NCBI GenBank assembly: GCA_963667465.2
Contig: CAXXDN010000001.1
Span: 997,921 to 1,061,920 of the forward strand
Length of the DNA: 64,000 nucleotides
Source of the DNA: Dehalococcoidia bacterium
GTDB lineage: Bacteria > Chloroflexota > Dehalococcoidia > UBA2979
Reading direction: 5' to 3'
Part shown: in pieces, positions 38,301 to 47,489 of the stretch
Layout of the letters: every line of letters starts with the position of its first letter
How positions within the stretch are numbered: the first letter of the stretch is position 1
Made by a program: the position numbers and the translations under genes
The notes under the pieces: model-generated
Database searches by the model: none
Told to the model about the DNA's origin: nothing
Seen by the model: the letters and a program-made list of their open reading frames with translations, nothing else

Positions 38301-38778
38301 GCGTCAGCTGCGGCTCGAGCTGCCGACCGCGCAGGACATGGTGACGCTGCCGGACTTCGGCCCCTACGAGCGGATGGCCGCCGACTACGCGCTGCTCGGC
38401 CTCTCGCCCGACCGCCACCCGATGCGCTTCCTGCGCCACGCGCTCGGCGAGGGCGTGGCCTCCAGCCGCCACCTGCACTCGCTGCCGGCGGGGCGCACGG
38501 TGGAGGTGGCGGGGCTGGTCGTCTGCCGCCAGCGGCCCCTCACCGCGCGCGGGATCATCTTCCTGTTGCTGGAGGACGAGTACGGCCTGATGAACATCCT
38601 CGTGCGGCGCGAGCTGGCCGAGGAGCGGCGCGACATCGTGCGCACGGCGGCCTTCGTGCGCACGCGCGGCGTGCTCGACGAGCGCGCGGGAGAGCAGCGC
38701 ACCCTCATCGCCGCCACCCTCGACGAGATCGTCCCGGCGGGCGCGCTGCCGATGCCGTTCGGCAAGTCCTGGGCGTGA
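35320..38778 (+). CDS. dnaE2: Error-prone DNA polymerase III alpha subunit
   Basis: PHP ELHAHSHYS, GRGSSVSS, PDIDLDF, SQHPGG, KIDFLALGML, FGFPKSH, OB-fold RQRP.TA. Confidence 0.92.
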   Translation: MARTRRDQQPGYMERWDEFEARQARAEQDTPRSRVPRDPVAPLEGDALDGALDGVPYVELHAHSHYSLLEGASSPHELVRTAVEQGHAALALTDHDGLFGAMEFARAAREAGLRPISGLELTVSEPAAEGDEDAEGGEARSHLTLLAETRQGYANLCRLSSYAFGLRETERPAQEARRLDPVLPLADLEQHADGLIVLTGCREGRIPRLVQAGRRSEAAALLGRLVGWFGADRVFVELQDNDVHGDRPRNEALVALAEQAGVGVAGTGNVHYHVRERHRLQDVLVAIRHRASLDECHTERRPNAEFWLRSPREQAERFARYHPQAAANTVRIARRCRFDLTADLGYRLPSPPLPAGVTPLQELERICRERLGERYRAPDERARAEAQLAEELRLIGLHDLAGFFLIYHEIFLLAQEVAREVRGAGAARSVTNLPPGRGRGSSVSSLVCYLIGLSHIDPIRHRLFVGRFLNEELESLPDIDLDFPRDIRAELIERVHARWGRERSALVAAFATYRLRSAVRDVGKALGLPSAELDRLAGLSGPYAGPGQLPEELARSPQFRDRAEARGWRELAALVPQLAGVPRHLSQHPGGMVIASGPLIDCVPCQPAALAGRYLCHWDKDSVDDARMVKIDFLALGMLSVVEETIDLIADARGRIVDLSRIDFADEAVYDAICRGDTVGVFQIESRAQIAMLPRTQPRNLEDLTVQVSIVRPGPIVGGAVNPYVRRRELQRRNPRYRPAPPHECVREVLDETLGVVIFQEQVLQVARHMGGFTPGEADRFRRSLGRRRAHEELEAWRERFMTGAAKRGVPVAVAEKVFGNLEGFAEFGFPKSHGAAFALLAYQSSWLKQRYAPEFLCALFNNQPLGFYPPHVLTNDAKRHGVAVERPDINVSAARCTVELPAAIRVGLGYVRGLGEAWAGRIEEERERAGEYRSLFGFVQRTGLGRQPAARLIQAGAFDGFGLQRRELLWQLGLFTGGSVAGAAGKPTAEAAGRQLRLELPTAQDMVTLPDFGPYERMAADYALLGLSPDRHPMRFLRHALGEGVASSRHLHSLPAGRTVEVAGLVVCRQRPLTARGIIFLLLEDEYGLMNILVRRELAEERRDIVRTAAFVRTRGVLDERAGEQRTLIAATLDEIVPAGALPMPFGKSWA

Positions 38779-38805
38779 GCAGCGAGGGCGCCTCGGAGCG
38801 CGCGG

Positions 38806-39732
38806 CTACTCCTCGAGCTTGAAGACGCGCACCGCGTTCTCGCGCAGGAACTTCGGCCAGACGCGGTCGCGGAAGGGGACCTCCGCCAGCTCCTCGAAGA
38901 TCCGGTCGAGCGAGAGGCCGGTCGGGAAGTAGCCGGCGTAGATCACCTTGTCCGCGCCTCGCGTGTTCGCGAAGTCGATGATGTCCCGAGGGTAGTGGCG
39001 CGGCGCGAACGCACTCGTCGAGTAGTAGAGGTTCGGCCACTTGAGCAGCAGCTTCACCGCCAGCGCCGTCCACGGCTCGCCGCCGTGGCGCATCACGAAG
39101 CGCAGCTCCGGGAAGAACCAGCAGACCTCGTCGATCAGCGCCACGTCCTGCGCCTGCATCGGCACGCGCGGGCCCGGCACGCCTGAGGTGACCGTGACCG
39201 CGATGTCGAGCTCGACGCACTTCGCGTAGACCGGGTAGGCGCGCTTGTCGTTGATCGGCACCTGCGGGACGACGAAGGCGGGCGTCACGTTCGCCGCCTT
39301 CACGTCCAGCTCCTCGACGGCCTGCTCCAGCCTGCGCAGGGCCGGGACGCCCTCGTTGGGGTCGACGGTGAACGTGCCGCTGAAGCGCTCGGGGTGCAGC
39401 TCAAGGGCGCGCCGGCCCGCGCTGTCCTCGGCGGTCACGTCGACGAGCGCGCGCCAGATGCCGTGCCTGTCCATTTCCGCGAGCGTGAACTCGACCAGCT
39501 CCTCGCTGCTGCCGGTCTGCGGTATGTCCGGCCGGTTGCGGTACTGGTACTCCACCGGGTAGTCGAAGACCTCCAGCGACTCGTGGTCGCGCAGCATCGG
39601 CCGGAACGAGGTGTAGGCCTTGCGGCCGGGGGTGGGGATGCCGAGCAGCGTATCGACGACGCCGATGTCGCTGGGCATGGGCATGGAGTTGCTCCCGATC
39701 GCGCTGGAGCCGAGCGGCGCTGGCAGGGCCAT
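38806..39732 (-). CDS. Amidohydrolase family protein (Amidohydro_2)
   Basis: YPVYAKCVELD, GVPGPRVP, FPELRFVMRHG, WPNLYYSTSAF. Confidence 0.88.
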   Translation of the reverse strand: MALPAPLGSSAIGSNSMPMPSDIGVVDTLLGIPTPGRKAYTSFRPMLRDHESLEVFDYPVEYQYRNRPDIPQTGSSEELVEFTLAEMDRHGIWRALVDVTAEDSAGRRALELHPERFSGTFTVDPNEGVPALRRLEQAVEELDVKAANVTPAFVVPQVPINDKRAYPVYAKCVELDIAVTVTSGVPGPRVPMQAQDVALIDEVCWFFPELRFVMRHGGEPWTALAVKLLLKWPNLYYSTSAFAPRHYPRDIIDFANTRGADKVIYAGYFPTGLSLDRIFEELAEVPFRDRVWPKFLRENAVRVFKLEE

Positions 39733-39831
39733 TCATAGCAGAGACGGCGGGTAGAGCGCCGCGCTCGCGGGCCGGATGGCGTCGATCATGCGCGTGTATA
39801 TTCGGGCGGCGTACACGCCCGGAGTGTGTCC

Positions 39832-40779
39832 ATGAACGAATACGTGCTGCGCCGGGTCCTCCTGGTCCCGCCCACGATCCTCATCGTCTCGTTGATCGTC
39901 TTCGGCTCGATCCGGCTGCTGCCGGGCGACGCCCTCGACGACCGGCTGGCCGAGGCCGGCGTTCCGGCCGACGATCGCCTGAAGATCCGCGCCGACCTGG
40001 GACTCGACCGTCCCGTACTGGAGCAGTACTTCGACTGGATGGGCGGACTGCTGCGCGGTGACCTCGGCGATTCCATTTTCAGCAAGGACAGTGTGCGGAC
40101 GCGCGCCTGGCGCGCCCTGCCGATCACCGTCGAACTCGGCGTGCTCTCGATCCTCTTCGCGATCATCCTGGGCATTCCCTCGGGCCTGCTCTCGGCGCTG
40201 AAACCCGGCTCGTTCATCGATCTCATTGTTCGCACGCTGGCGATCGGCGCGCTGTCGATCCCCAACTTCTGGTTGGCCACGCTGCTGATCGTGCTGCCGG
40301 CGATCTGGTGGGAGTGGGTGCCGCCGCTCAAGTACGTATCGTTCCGCGAAGATCCGTGGGGCAACGTGACACTGTTCCTGCTACCCGCGCTGGTGCTCTC
40401 GCTGCGGCTCGGCGCCACGGTGATGCGCATGGTCCGCTCGGAGATGCTGGAGGTGATCCGCGCGGACTATGTGCGCACGGCCCGCGCGAAGGGCCTGACG
40501 GAGTACCGCGTGGTCACGCGGCACGCCTTCCGAAACGCGGCGATTCCCGTGGTCACCGTGATCGGGCTCTCGGTTGCCACCCTGCTCGGCGGCAGCGTGA
40601 TCATGGAGTCGATCTTCGGCCTGCCCGGACTCGGGCGCCTGATGCTGGAGGCGATTCGTGAGCGAGAGTTCGAGATGATCCAGAGCGTAGTGCTGCTGGT
40701 TGGCGTGTTCGTGATGCTCGTCAACCTGGGAGTCGATCTCGTGTACGGGTTCCTCAACCCGCAGATCCGTTACGGGTAG
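39832..40779 (+). CDS. Peptide/nickel ABC transporter permease (DppB-like)
   Basis: LPGD, GDLGDS, DYVRTARAKGL, ESIFGLPGLG. Confidence 0.93.
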   Translation: MNEYVLRRVLLVPPTILIVSLIVFGSIRLLPGDALDDRLAEAGVPADDRLKIRADLGLDRPVLEQYFDWMGGLLRGDLGDSIFSKDSVRTRAWRALPITVELGVLSILFAIILGIPSGLLSALKPGSFIDLIVRTLAIGALSIPNFWLATLLIVLPAIWWEWVPPLKYVSFREDPWGNVTLFLLPALVLSLRLGATVMRMVRSEMLEVIRADYVRTARAKGLTEYRVVTRHAFRNAAIPVVTVIGLSVATLLGGSVIMESIFGLPGLGRLMLEAIREREFEMIQSVVLLVGVFVMLVNLGVDLVYGFLNPQIRYG

Positions 40780-40830
40780 ACGGCGTACGAGGCGGAAGGC
40801 AGCAGAGGCAACGATGATCGGGATGCAGCA

Positions 40831-41721
40831 GTGACGGCCGCAGTGAGCCTCTATCGGCCGAGCAGCCGCACGCTCACGGTGCGGCGCGGGTTGTGGCGCT
40901 TCCTGCGCAAACAGCCGCTGGGCGCCGTGGGCGCACTGGTCGTGGTGATCTTCATCGTCCTCGGCGCGATCGGCCCCTACATCGTGCCGTACGAGACGTC
41001 GGCCCTTGCCGTGGGGCCGCGCCTCTCCAGCCCGTCGCTGGACCATCCCTTCGGGACGGACGCGTTCGGACGCGATCAGTTCAGCCGCATCATCGTCGGC
41101 GCGCGGCTGTCGGTCTTCGTCGGCTTCGGCGCCGTGGCGATCGGGACCGGGGCGGCCACCGTCCTCGGACTCTGGGTGGGATACGTCGGCGGAAAGGGCG
41201 ACATGGTGATCCAGCGCGTGGTGGACGGCGTCATGGCCTACCCGCCGCTGGTGCTCGCGCTGGTGGCGGTCGGCGTGCTGGGACCGAGCGCACTCAACGT
41301 CACGCTCGTGCTCGGCGTGCTGATGATCGCGGCCAACTCCCGCGTGGTTCGCGGCTCCACCCTCGCGATCAAGGAGTCGACCTATGTCGAGGCGGCGAGG
41401 GTGGTGGGCGCCAGCACGCCGCGCGTGATCATCCGGCACATCCTGCCGAACGTGGTCTCGCCCCTGATCGTGATCGCGACGGTCAGCCTCGGCACCGTGA
41501 TCCTCGCCGAGGGCGCGCTCAGCTTCCTCGGCCTCGGGGTCCCCCCGCCCACGCCCTCCTGGGGGCGGATGATCGGTGGCGAGGAGTCGCGCTTCTACTT
41601 CGCGACGAACGCTTCGCTGGTGCTCTTCCCCGGATTCGCGCTCTGGCTGGTGGTGTTCGCCTTCAATATGTTCGGCGACGCGCTCCGCGATGTCCTCGAC
41701 CCGCGGCTGCGCGGCGCGTGA
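40831..41721 (+). CDS. Peptide/nickel ABC transporter permease (DppC-like)
   Basis: HPFGTDAFGRD, YVEAAR, HILPN, LSFLGLG, GDALRDVLDPR. Confidence 0.93.
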   Translation: MTAAVSLYRPSSRTLTVRRGLWRFLRKQPLGAVGALVVVIFIVLGAIGPYIVPYETSALAVGPRLSSPSLDHPFGTDAFGRDQFSRIIVGARLSVFVGFGAVAIGTGAATVLGLWVGYVGGKGDMVIQRVVDGVMAYPPLVLALVAVGVLGPSALNVTLVLGVLMIAANSRVVRGSTLAIKESTYVEAARVVGASTPRVIIRHILPNVVSPLIVIATVSLGTVILAEGALSFLGLGVPPPTPSWGRMIGGEESRFYFATNASLVLFPGFALWLVVFAFNMFGDALRDVLDPRLRGA

Positions 41722-41837
41722 CGGAGCGCTCCGGCAACCTCCACCGCGACCTGCTAGGATGCCGCCCATAACGACCGTGTCTGCATGTGCTGGATTTGCG
41801 GTCTGCTGCGCACACCGAGTGACCTGAAGGGGAGTAG

Positions 41838-43622
41838 ATGCCAGAGAATCTGTTCGAGACACGCGGGATCTTCAGCCGCCGCGCGCTGCTGCGAGGCAGC
41901 GCCGTCGGTGCGGCTGGCCTCGCCGCCGCCGCGCTCATCGGCTGTGACGATGACGATGACGAGCCGGCGCCCGCAGCGCCCGCGCCGGCTACGGCCACGC
42001 CCGCGGCGCCGGCAGCGACAGCCACGCCCACCGAGGCGCCCGCCACACCGACGGCCACACCGCCGCCAACGTCGACTCCCACGGCCACGCCCACACCGGA
42101 CCCCGAGGCGGCAAAGCGGGGCGGCGAGATCGTCACGGTCTTCTTCCGCCTCCGCACCTCGTGGGACCCGCATCGCGCGACCTCGCCGATCCAGACGCAG
42201 GACCACTGGGGCCTGGTCGGCAACCAGCTCTTCGTGCCGGACCCGAAGACGCTGCTCGCCGTCGGCGACCTCGTCACGGACTGGGAGTGGACCGGCGACA
42301 CCACGCTTGTCGCGAGGCTGGACCCGGCTGCGAAGTGGCAGAACATCGCGCCCGTCAACGGTCGCCCGTTCACGGCCGCGGACGCCAAGTTCAACGTCGA
42401 GCGCATCGCCTTCAGCGAGTGGTCGCCCCGTGCGTTCCTGTTCTCGACGCTCGAGAGCGTCGATGCCGTCGACGACAAGACGGTGCAGTTCAACCTGAGC
42501 GGACCCGACGCCAACTTCCTCGACGCGCTGGCCTCGCTCTACAACGCGATGGTCTCGCCCGAGGTGGCGGAGCTGGCCGGTGACGACCTGAACGACCCGC
42601 GGGCCCTGATCGGCACCGGGCCGTTCCTCTCCGAGTCGCACGAGGACGGCGTCGGCGGACGCTACGTCAGGAACCCGGACTACTGGCGGGCCGGCCGCCC
42701 CTACCTCGACGCGGTCGAGTACCGGATCATCCCGGACGACTCGGTGCAGTTCGGCCTCTTCAAGGCAGGCGAGATCGATGGCCCGGCGCGAGTCTGGCCG
42801 AACAGCTTCGGCATCCAGTTGCAGGAGGAGGAGGACCTCACGGTCTGGCACTCCAACGGCGACTTCCGCGGCTACAGCGGCGTCGTCTTCGCCGTCCAGA
42901 AGGAGCCGTTCAACGACCTGCGGCTGCGCGGGGCCGTGCACCTCGTCTTCAACCGCCAGGCGCTCGCCGAGTTCCAGTACGAGGGTTTCGCCTCGCTGAC
43001 GACTCCCGGCGGCCGCGACCCGTACTTCACCCTCCCGGACGAGGCGATCATCGTGCAGCCGGGCTTCCGCCCGAACAAGGAGGAGGACATCGCGACGGCC
43101 GCCCAGCTGGTGCAGGCTGCCACCGGCGGCGAGCTCTCGGTGCCCCAGCACACGGGCGAGAACTACGTGGTGCAGAACGAAGTGCTGCAGGCGGAGCTCG
43201 CCACGATCGGCATCAGGACCGAGCTCAAGATCCTCCCCGGTGGTGGAATCATCTCCACCGAGCACGCCGATGCAAACGAGGACTTCGTCTTCCAGTCGAC
43301 GACGCGAGGCGGCGGCGACACGGTGGACCATTCGCTCCTGCAGACCTTCCACCCCGGCGGGTCCCAGAACCCGTACGGCATCGACGACCCGGTGCTGACC
43401 GGGATGATCGATCAGCAGCGCGGGATCCTCGATCCCGAGGCGCGGCGCGAGCTGTACCACGCCATCGAGGGCCACATCCTCCAGAACGTGTACATCGCAC
43501 CGGGCCTGCGTGGCCAGGGCTTCATGTTCTGGAAGAACCGGGTCCAGGGGTACCGCTTCGGTCTCGCCGGAGGCGGCAACGTCAAGTCTCACCTCTTCGA
43601 GGAGATTTGGGTCGAGGACTAG
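41838..43622 (+). CDS. ABC substrate-binding protein family 5, Tat-exported lipoprotein
   Basis: SRRALL Tat motif, LIGC lipobox, Ala/Pro/Thr linker, IGTGPF, RNPDYW.GRPYLD. Confidence 0.92.
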   Translation: MPENLFETRGIFSRRALLRGSAVGAAGLAAAALIGCDDDDDEPAPAAPAPATATPAAPAATATPTEAPATPTATPPPTSTPTATPTPDPEAAKRGGEIVTVFFRLRTSWDPHRATSPIQTQDHWGLVGNQLFVPDPKTLLAVGDLVTDWEWTGDTTLVARLDPAAKWQNIAPVNGRPFTAADAKFNVERIAFSEWSPRAFLFSTLESVDAVDDKTVQFNLSGPDANFLDALASLYNAMVSPEVAELAGDDLNDPRALIGTGPFLSESHEDGVGGRYVRNPDYWRAGRPYLDAVEYRIIPDDSVQFGLFKAGEIDGPARVWPNSFGIQLQEEEDLTVWHSNGDFRGYSGVVFAVQKEPFNDLRLRGAVHLVFNRQALAEFQYEGFASLTTPGGRDPYFTLPDEAIIVQPGFRPNKEEDIATAAQLVQAATGGELSVPQHTGENYVVQNEVLQAELATIGIRTELKILPGGGIISTEHADANEDFVFQSTTRGGGDTVDHSLLQTFHPGGSQNPYGIDDPVLTGMIDQQRGILDPEARRELYHAIEGHILQNVYIAPGLRGQGFMFWKNRVQGYRFGLAGGGNVKSHLFEEIWVED

Positions 43623-43661
43623 GGGAAGTAGCCGTCGCGCAAGTAGCGCGGCCGGTCATCA

Positions 43662-43697
43662 CGCGGCGCACGCCGGGCATTGCCGGCGTGCGCCGCG
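43662..43697 (+). terminator. 15-bp GC stem-loop after the substrate-binding gene (terminator or mRNA stabiliser)
   Basis: CGCGGCGCACGCCGG-GCATTG-CCGGCGTGCGCCGCG, no U-tract. Confidence 0.55.
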
Positions 43698-43722
43698 CTG
43701 ATCACGGGGAGGATCGCGCGCC

Positions 43723-44751
43723 GTGAGTCTTGACGTGCAGAAGGCCTCGTGGGAGCGCTCGGCCGCCGTGCCCGGCCAGCTCACCGAGCCATTCACGCGC
43801 TGGGTCCGCACGCCCGACACGGTGTTCGGTGAGGGGGCGTACCGCTACCGCGTGATCGACAACTGGGCGCGGCGCCCTCGCGGCTGGTCGCTCGGCGACG
43901 TCGCCGGTGTGGCCGTCGACGCCGCCGATAACCTCTTCGTCTACAACCGCTCGAGCCGCCCGATCCAGATCTACGACAAGGACGGTAACTTCCTCGACTG
44001 GTGGGGCGACGACGAGCACACCACCCCGCACGGGATCACGATCGACGAGGCCGGCGACGTCTGGCTCGCCGACACGGGCGACCACCTTGTGAAGAAGTGC
44101 ACGCCGGACGGCAAGCTGCTGCTCGCCATCGGACGCCGCCACATCAACATGCCGGACATGGGCGGCGTACCGTTCAACCGGCCGACGCGCGTGGCGGTCG
44201 CCGCGAACGGCGACCTCTACATCAGCGACGGCTACGGCAATAGCCACGTCCACGTCTTCGACGCCGGCGGCGACCACAAGTTCACCTTCGGCAGCCCTGG
44301 CGACGGGCCCGGCCAGTTCAGCACGCCCCACGCGATCTTCATCGACCACAACCAGCGCGTGTACGTCTGCGACCGTATGAACAGCCGCATCCAGCTCTTC
44401 GACCTCGACGGCGAGTACCTCGAGGAGTGGCACGGCGTGCACCTGCCGGACGATCTGGTGGTCGGCCCGGACGGCACGGTCTACATCGCAGAGCTGCTGC
44501 ACCGGATCACGATCTGGAGCCCGGACGGCCGGCGCATCGCGGGCTGGGGCGACGAGGGCTGCGAGTGCCCGCAGAACGCGCTGCCGAGCACGCAGTGCCC
44601 GGCGGAGAGCCTCGACGCCGGGATGGTGATCGGCCCGCACGGCATCACGCTCGACTCCGAGGGCAGCATCTACGTCGGCGACCTCCCCGACACCTACCGC
44701 GGCATCGACCGCGGCTCGCGCGCTGTCCAGAAGTTCGTGCGGGTGGACTGA
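43723..44751 (+). CDS. NHL-repeat beta-propeller, peptidyl-alpha-hydroxyglycine lyase-like (paralog A)
   Basis: PHGI, FNRPT.VA, SDGYGN, GPGQFSTPH, DRMNSRIQ. Confidence 0.88.
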   Translation: MSLDVQKASWERSAAVPGQLTEPFTRWVRTPDTVFGEGAYRYRVIDNWARRPRGWSLGDVAGVAVDAADNLFVYNRSSRPIQIYDKDGNFLDWWGDDEHTTPHGITIDEAGDVWLADTGDHLVKKCTPDGKLLLAIGRRHINMPDMGGVPFNRPTRVAVAANGDLYISDGYGNSHVHVFDAGGDHKFTFGSPGDGPGQFSTPHAIFIDHNQRVYVCDRMNSRIQLFDLDGEYLEEWHGVHLPDDLVVGPDGTVYIAELLHRITIWSPDGRRIAGWGDEGCECPQNALPSTQCPAESLDAGMVIGPHGITLDSEGSIYVGDLPDTYRGIDRGSRAVQKFVRVD

Positions 44752-44777
44752 GCGCCCGGCAGGCGGGGACCGCGAAC

Positions 44778-45581
44778 ATGGACTACGAGGGCTACGAGTT
44801 CCTCAAGATCGCGCGCGGCGACGAGGGCATCCTCACCGTCACGCTCAACCGCCCCGAACGGCTCAACGCGGCGCATCCGCCGATGCTCGATGAGCTCGAG
44901 CGGATCTTCCGCGACATCAACCGCGATCCCGCCGTACACGTCGTCGTGCTCACCGGGGCGGGGCGCGCCTTCTGCGCGGGCGGCGACATCAAGGCGCTGT
45001 CCGACCGCAACACCGGCGACGAGGACCACGCCTGGGCGATCCCCAAGCCGGGACGCCACGACATCATCCGCGGCCTGCTCGCCCTTGAGCCGCCGATCAT
45101 CGCCGCGGTCAATGGAGCCGCGGTCGGCGTCGGCGCGACTCTCGCCCTGTTCTGCGACATTGTGATCGCGAGCGACGCGGCACGCATCGGCGACTCGCAC
45201 ATCAAGCTGGGGATGGTGCCCGGCGATGGCGGCACCGTGATCTTCTCGCACCTGCTGGGCCTGCAGAAGGCGAAGCAGCTGCTGCTCACCGGCGACCTGA
45301 TCGACGCCGCCGAGGCGGAGCGCATCGGCCTGGTCAGTGAGGTGGTGCCGGGCGAGGAGCTGATGGAGCACGTGCTCGACCTCGCGCGGCGCATCGCAGC
45401 AAACCCGCGCCTGGCCGTGCGCTGGACGAAGCTGTCGCTCAACCGCCGGCTGGAGGAAGAGGTGCTGCTCGGCCAGCTGCCTGCCTCGTCGCTGGAGTGG
45501 CTCTCCCTGCAGATGGAGGACCACAGGGAGGCGATCCGCGCCTACGAGGAGAACCGCCCGCCGGAGTACACGGGTCGCTGA
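44778..45581 (+). CDS. Enoyl-CoA hydratase/isomerase
   Basis: LNRPERLNA, TGAGRAFCAGGD, AVNGAAVGVG, PGDGG. Confidence 0.92.
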   Translation: MDYEGYEFLKIARGDEGILTVTLNRPERLNAAHPPMLDELERIFRDINRDPAVHVVVLTGAGRAFCAGGDIKALSDRNTGDEDHAWAIPKPGRHDIIRGLLALEPPIIAAVNGAAVGVGATLALFCDIVIASDAARIGDSHIKLGMVPGDGGTVIFSHLLGLQKAKQLLLTGDLIDAAEAERIGLVSEVVPGEELMEHVLDLARRIAANPRLAVRWTKLSLNRRLEEEVLLGQLPASSLEWLSLQMEDHREAIRAYEENRPPEYTGR

Positions 45582-45602
45582 GACCCTTGCTGGAGCTTCT
45601 CT

Positions 45603-46328
45603 CTAGGCGCGTTGCGCGGAGAGTTCGGCAGCGACTCCAAAGTGGTCCGACAGCCGCTTCCCGTTGTGGGTGTTGCTGAAGAGGCCAAGCGACTCAATCG
45701 CCAGGTCCCGACTCACGGCGATGTGGTCGATGCTGCTTTGTCCTTCGAGAGCAAGATCCGCCGTGGCGACTCGCAGGTCCGGTGGGAAGGCGTCTCGCAG
45801 CGCCGATTGCAGTCGAGCAGGTGCTCGACTGCCCGGACCGATCACCTGGTTGAAGTCCCCCATGACGATGAGACGCTTCACGTGACTCGATTGGAGGACT
45901 CCAGTAAGGCCCTTCAGATACTCCGCGTGGTCATCCCAGCGCTTCTTGCGCTCCTTCTCGCGTCTCGCCTCGGTCCGTGATCCGAACCAGGGGATACACA
46001 CCCCGATGACCGCGACCTCGCCGATGGATGTCCGGGTGATGCCGGACACGAACCGTCCCGGCGGCAGTGTGTCCGCGCCAACGTCATCGACCGGCTGCCA
46101 CGGCTCCTTGGACCAGAGCATGACCTTTCGCCGGCCCACCTTGGCCGCATACCCGTAGTCGGGCTGCGAGCAGATAGCGTGGCCGTCGGCTGCGAGCAGC
46201 TCGGCGTGGGTCACGGTGAGGCAGACGATCTCGGGCGTGTATCGATCTATGCGGCCCAGGATCCCGGCGGTCCGCCTGGAGCGGGGTGTGGCCCACTCGA
46301 CATTCCACGTCAGCACGCTCAACGACAC
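45603..46328 (-). CDS. Endonuclease/exonuclease/phosphatase (EEP) family protein
   Basis: TWNV, MGDFN, IDHI, SDHFGV. Probable GTG start at 46328. Confidence 0.85.
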   Translation of the reverse strand: MSLSVLTWNVEWATPRSRRTAGILGRIDRYTPEIVCLTVTHAELLAADGHAICSQPDYGYAAKVGRRKVMLWSKEPWQPVDDVGADTLPPGRFVSGITRTSIGEVAVIGVCIPWFGSRTEARREKERKKRWDDHAEYLKGLTGVLQSSHVKRLIVMGDFNQVIGPGSRAPARLQSALRDAFPPDLRVATADLALEGQSSIDHIAVSRDLAIESLGLFSNTHNGKRLSDHFGVAAELSAQRA

Positions 46329-46360
46329 GGCGTTGCTCTCTCGGCTGCGCCCGGTCCGCG

Positions 46361-47443
46361 CTACAGCGCGGGCAGGCGGTCCTCGATGCCCAGCTCCGCG
46401 AGGATGCCGCGGAACCACTCAATCACTTCGGGGTGGTAGGGGATGCCGCGCTCGCGGCGGATCGCCTCCTCCTCGTGCTCGGGCAGGCCGGCGTAGTAGA
46501 CGCGCTCCTCGCCCGGCGCGGTCTTCGCCTCGCGCAGGCGGCGCAGGTAGGCGTCCATATCGTCCTTGAATCCCTCGAGGTCCGTGAACGCATCGATGCG
46601 GTAGGCGAGCAGGTGGTGCGCCTGCCTTGCACGGCGGTCGGGCCCGGCCGCGCCGCCCGAGAGCAGGCTCGTCAGCACCTCGATCATGACCGCGAGGCCG
46701 TAGCCCTTGTGGGAGCCGATCTCCCGGGTGCCGCCGAGCGGCAGCATCAGGTGCGGGTCGGGAATCGGCTGTTCGTCCATGATCGGGGCGCCGTCCTCGC
46801 CGGCGATCCAGCCCGGCAGCGTGTCGCGCCCGAGGCGCTGCACGAGCCGCACCTTGTTGCCGGCGATCGAGCTCATCGAGCCGTCGAAGATGAACGGCGG
46901 CTCCTCGCGGGTGGGCACGGCGATCGCGATCGGGTTGAGGCCGACCAGCGGCTCGGCGCCGAAGGTCGGCGTCACATTGACGCCGCCAGCCGTCATCGAG
47001 ATGCCGATCATGTCTTCAGCGAGGGCCATCGCAGCGGTGTAGGCGGCGGCGCCGTAGTGGCCGCCGTTGTAGACGGCGACCGAGCCGATGCCGTACTCGC
47101 GCGCCCGCTCGATCGCGACGCGCATCGCCTCGGGCCCGATCACGCCGCCGTGTGCGCCGTCGGAGTCGATCGTGCAGGCTGCCGGACTGTCATGGGTGAT
47201 GCGCCAGCGCGGCTGCAGATTCGTGGCGCCGTCGCGGATCGTGTCGACGTAGCGGCGCAGCATGTTCGAGACGCCGTGCGAGTCGATCCCGCGGACGTCG
47301 GCGTAGAGCAGCACGTCCGCCGACTGCTCGGCGTGCTCGCGCGGCATGCCGAGGGCGACGAACAGATCCTCGACGGTTGCGCGCATCACGCCCGGATCGA
47401 CGCGCACCTCGATCTCCGGGGGGACATGGAACCGTTCCAGCAT
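46361..47443 (-). CDS. Ldh_2 family (type 2 malate/L-lactate/sulfolactate) dehydrogenase
   Basis: ADVRGIDSHG, HYGAA, NPIA, PLGG, HKGYGL. Confidence 0.9.
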   Translation of the reverse strand: MLERFHVPPEIEVRVDPGVMRATVEDLFVALGMPREHAEQSADVLLYADVRGIDSHGVSNMLRRYVDTIRDGATNLQPRWRITHDSPAACTIDSDGAHGGVIGPEAMRVAIERAREYGIGSVAVYNGGHYGAAAYTAAMALAEDMIGISMTAGGVNVTPTFGAEPLVGLNPIAIAVPTREEPPFIFDGSMSSIAGNKVRLVQRLGRDTLPGWIAGEDGAPIMDEQPIPDPHLMLPLGGTREIGSHKGYGLAVMIEVLTSLLSGGAAGPDRRARQAHHLLAYRIDAFTDLEGFKDDMDAYLRRLREAKTAPGEERVYYAGLPEHEEEAIRRERGIPYHPEVIEWFRGILAELGIEDRLPAL

Positions 47444-47489
47444 TAGTCCTGCCTCACCAGACTGAAGACACTGCCTTGCGGCCCCTGCG

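Noticed and set aside
39792-39818. Inverted repeat GCGTGTA-N13-TACACGC between divergent genes
   Set aside because: 7-bp arms are plausible for an operator but could be chance, and no regulator gene is nearby.
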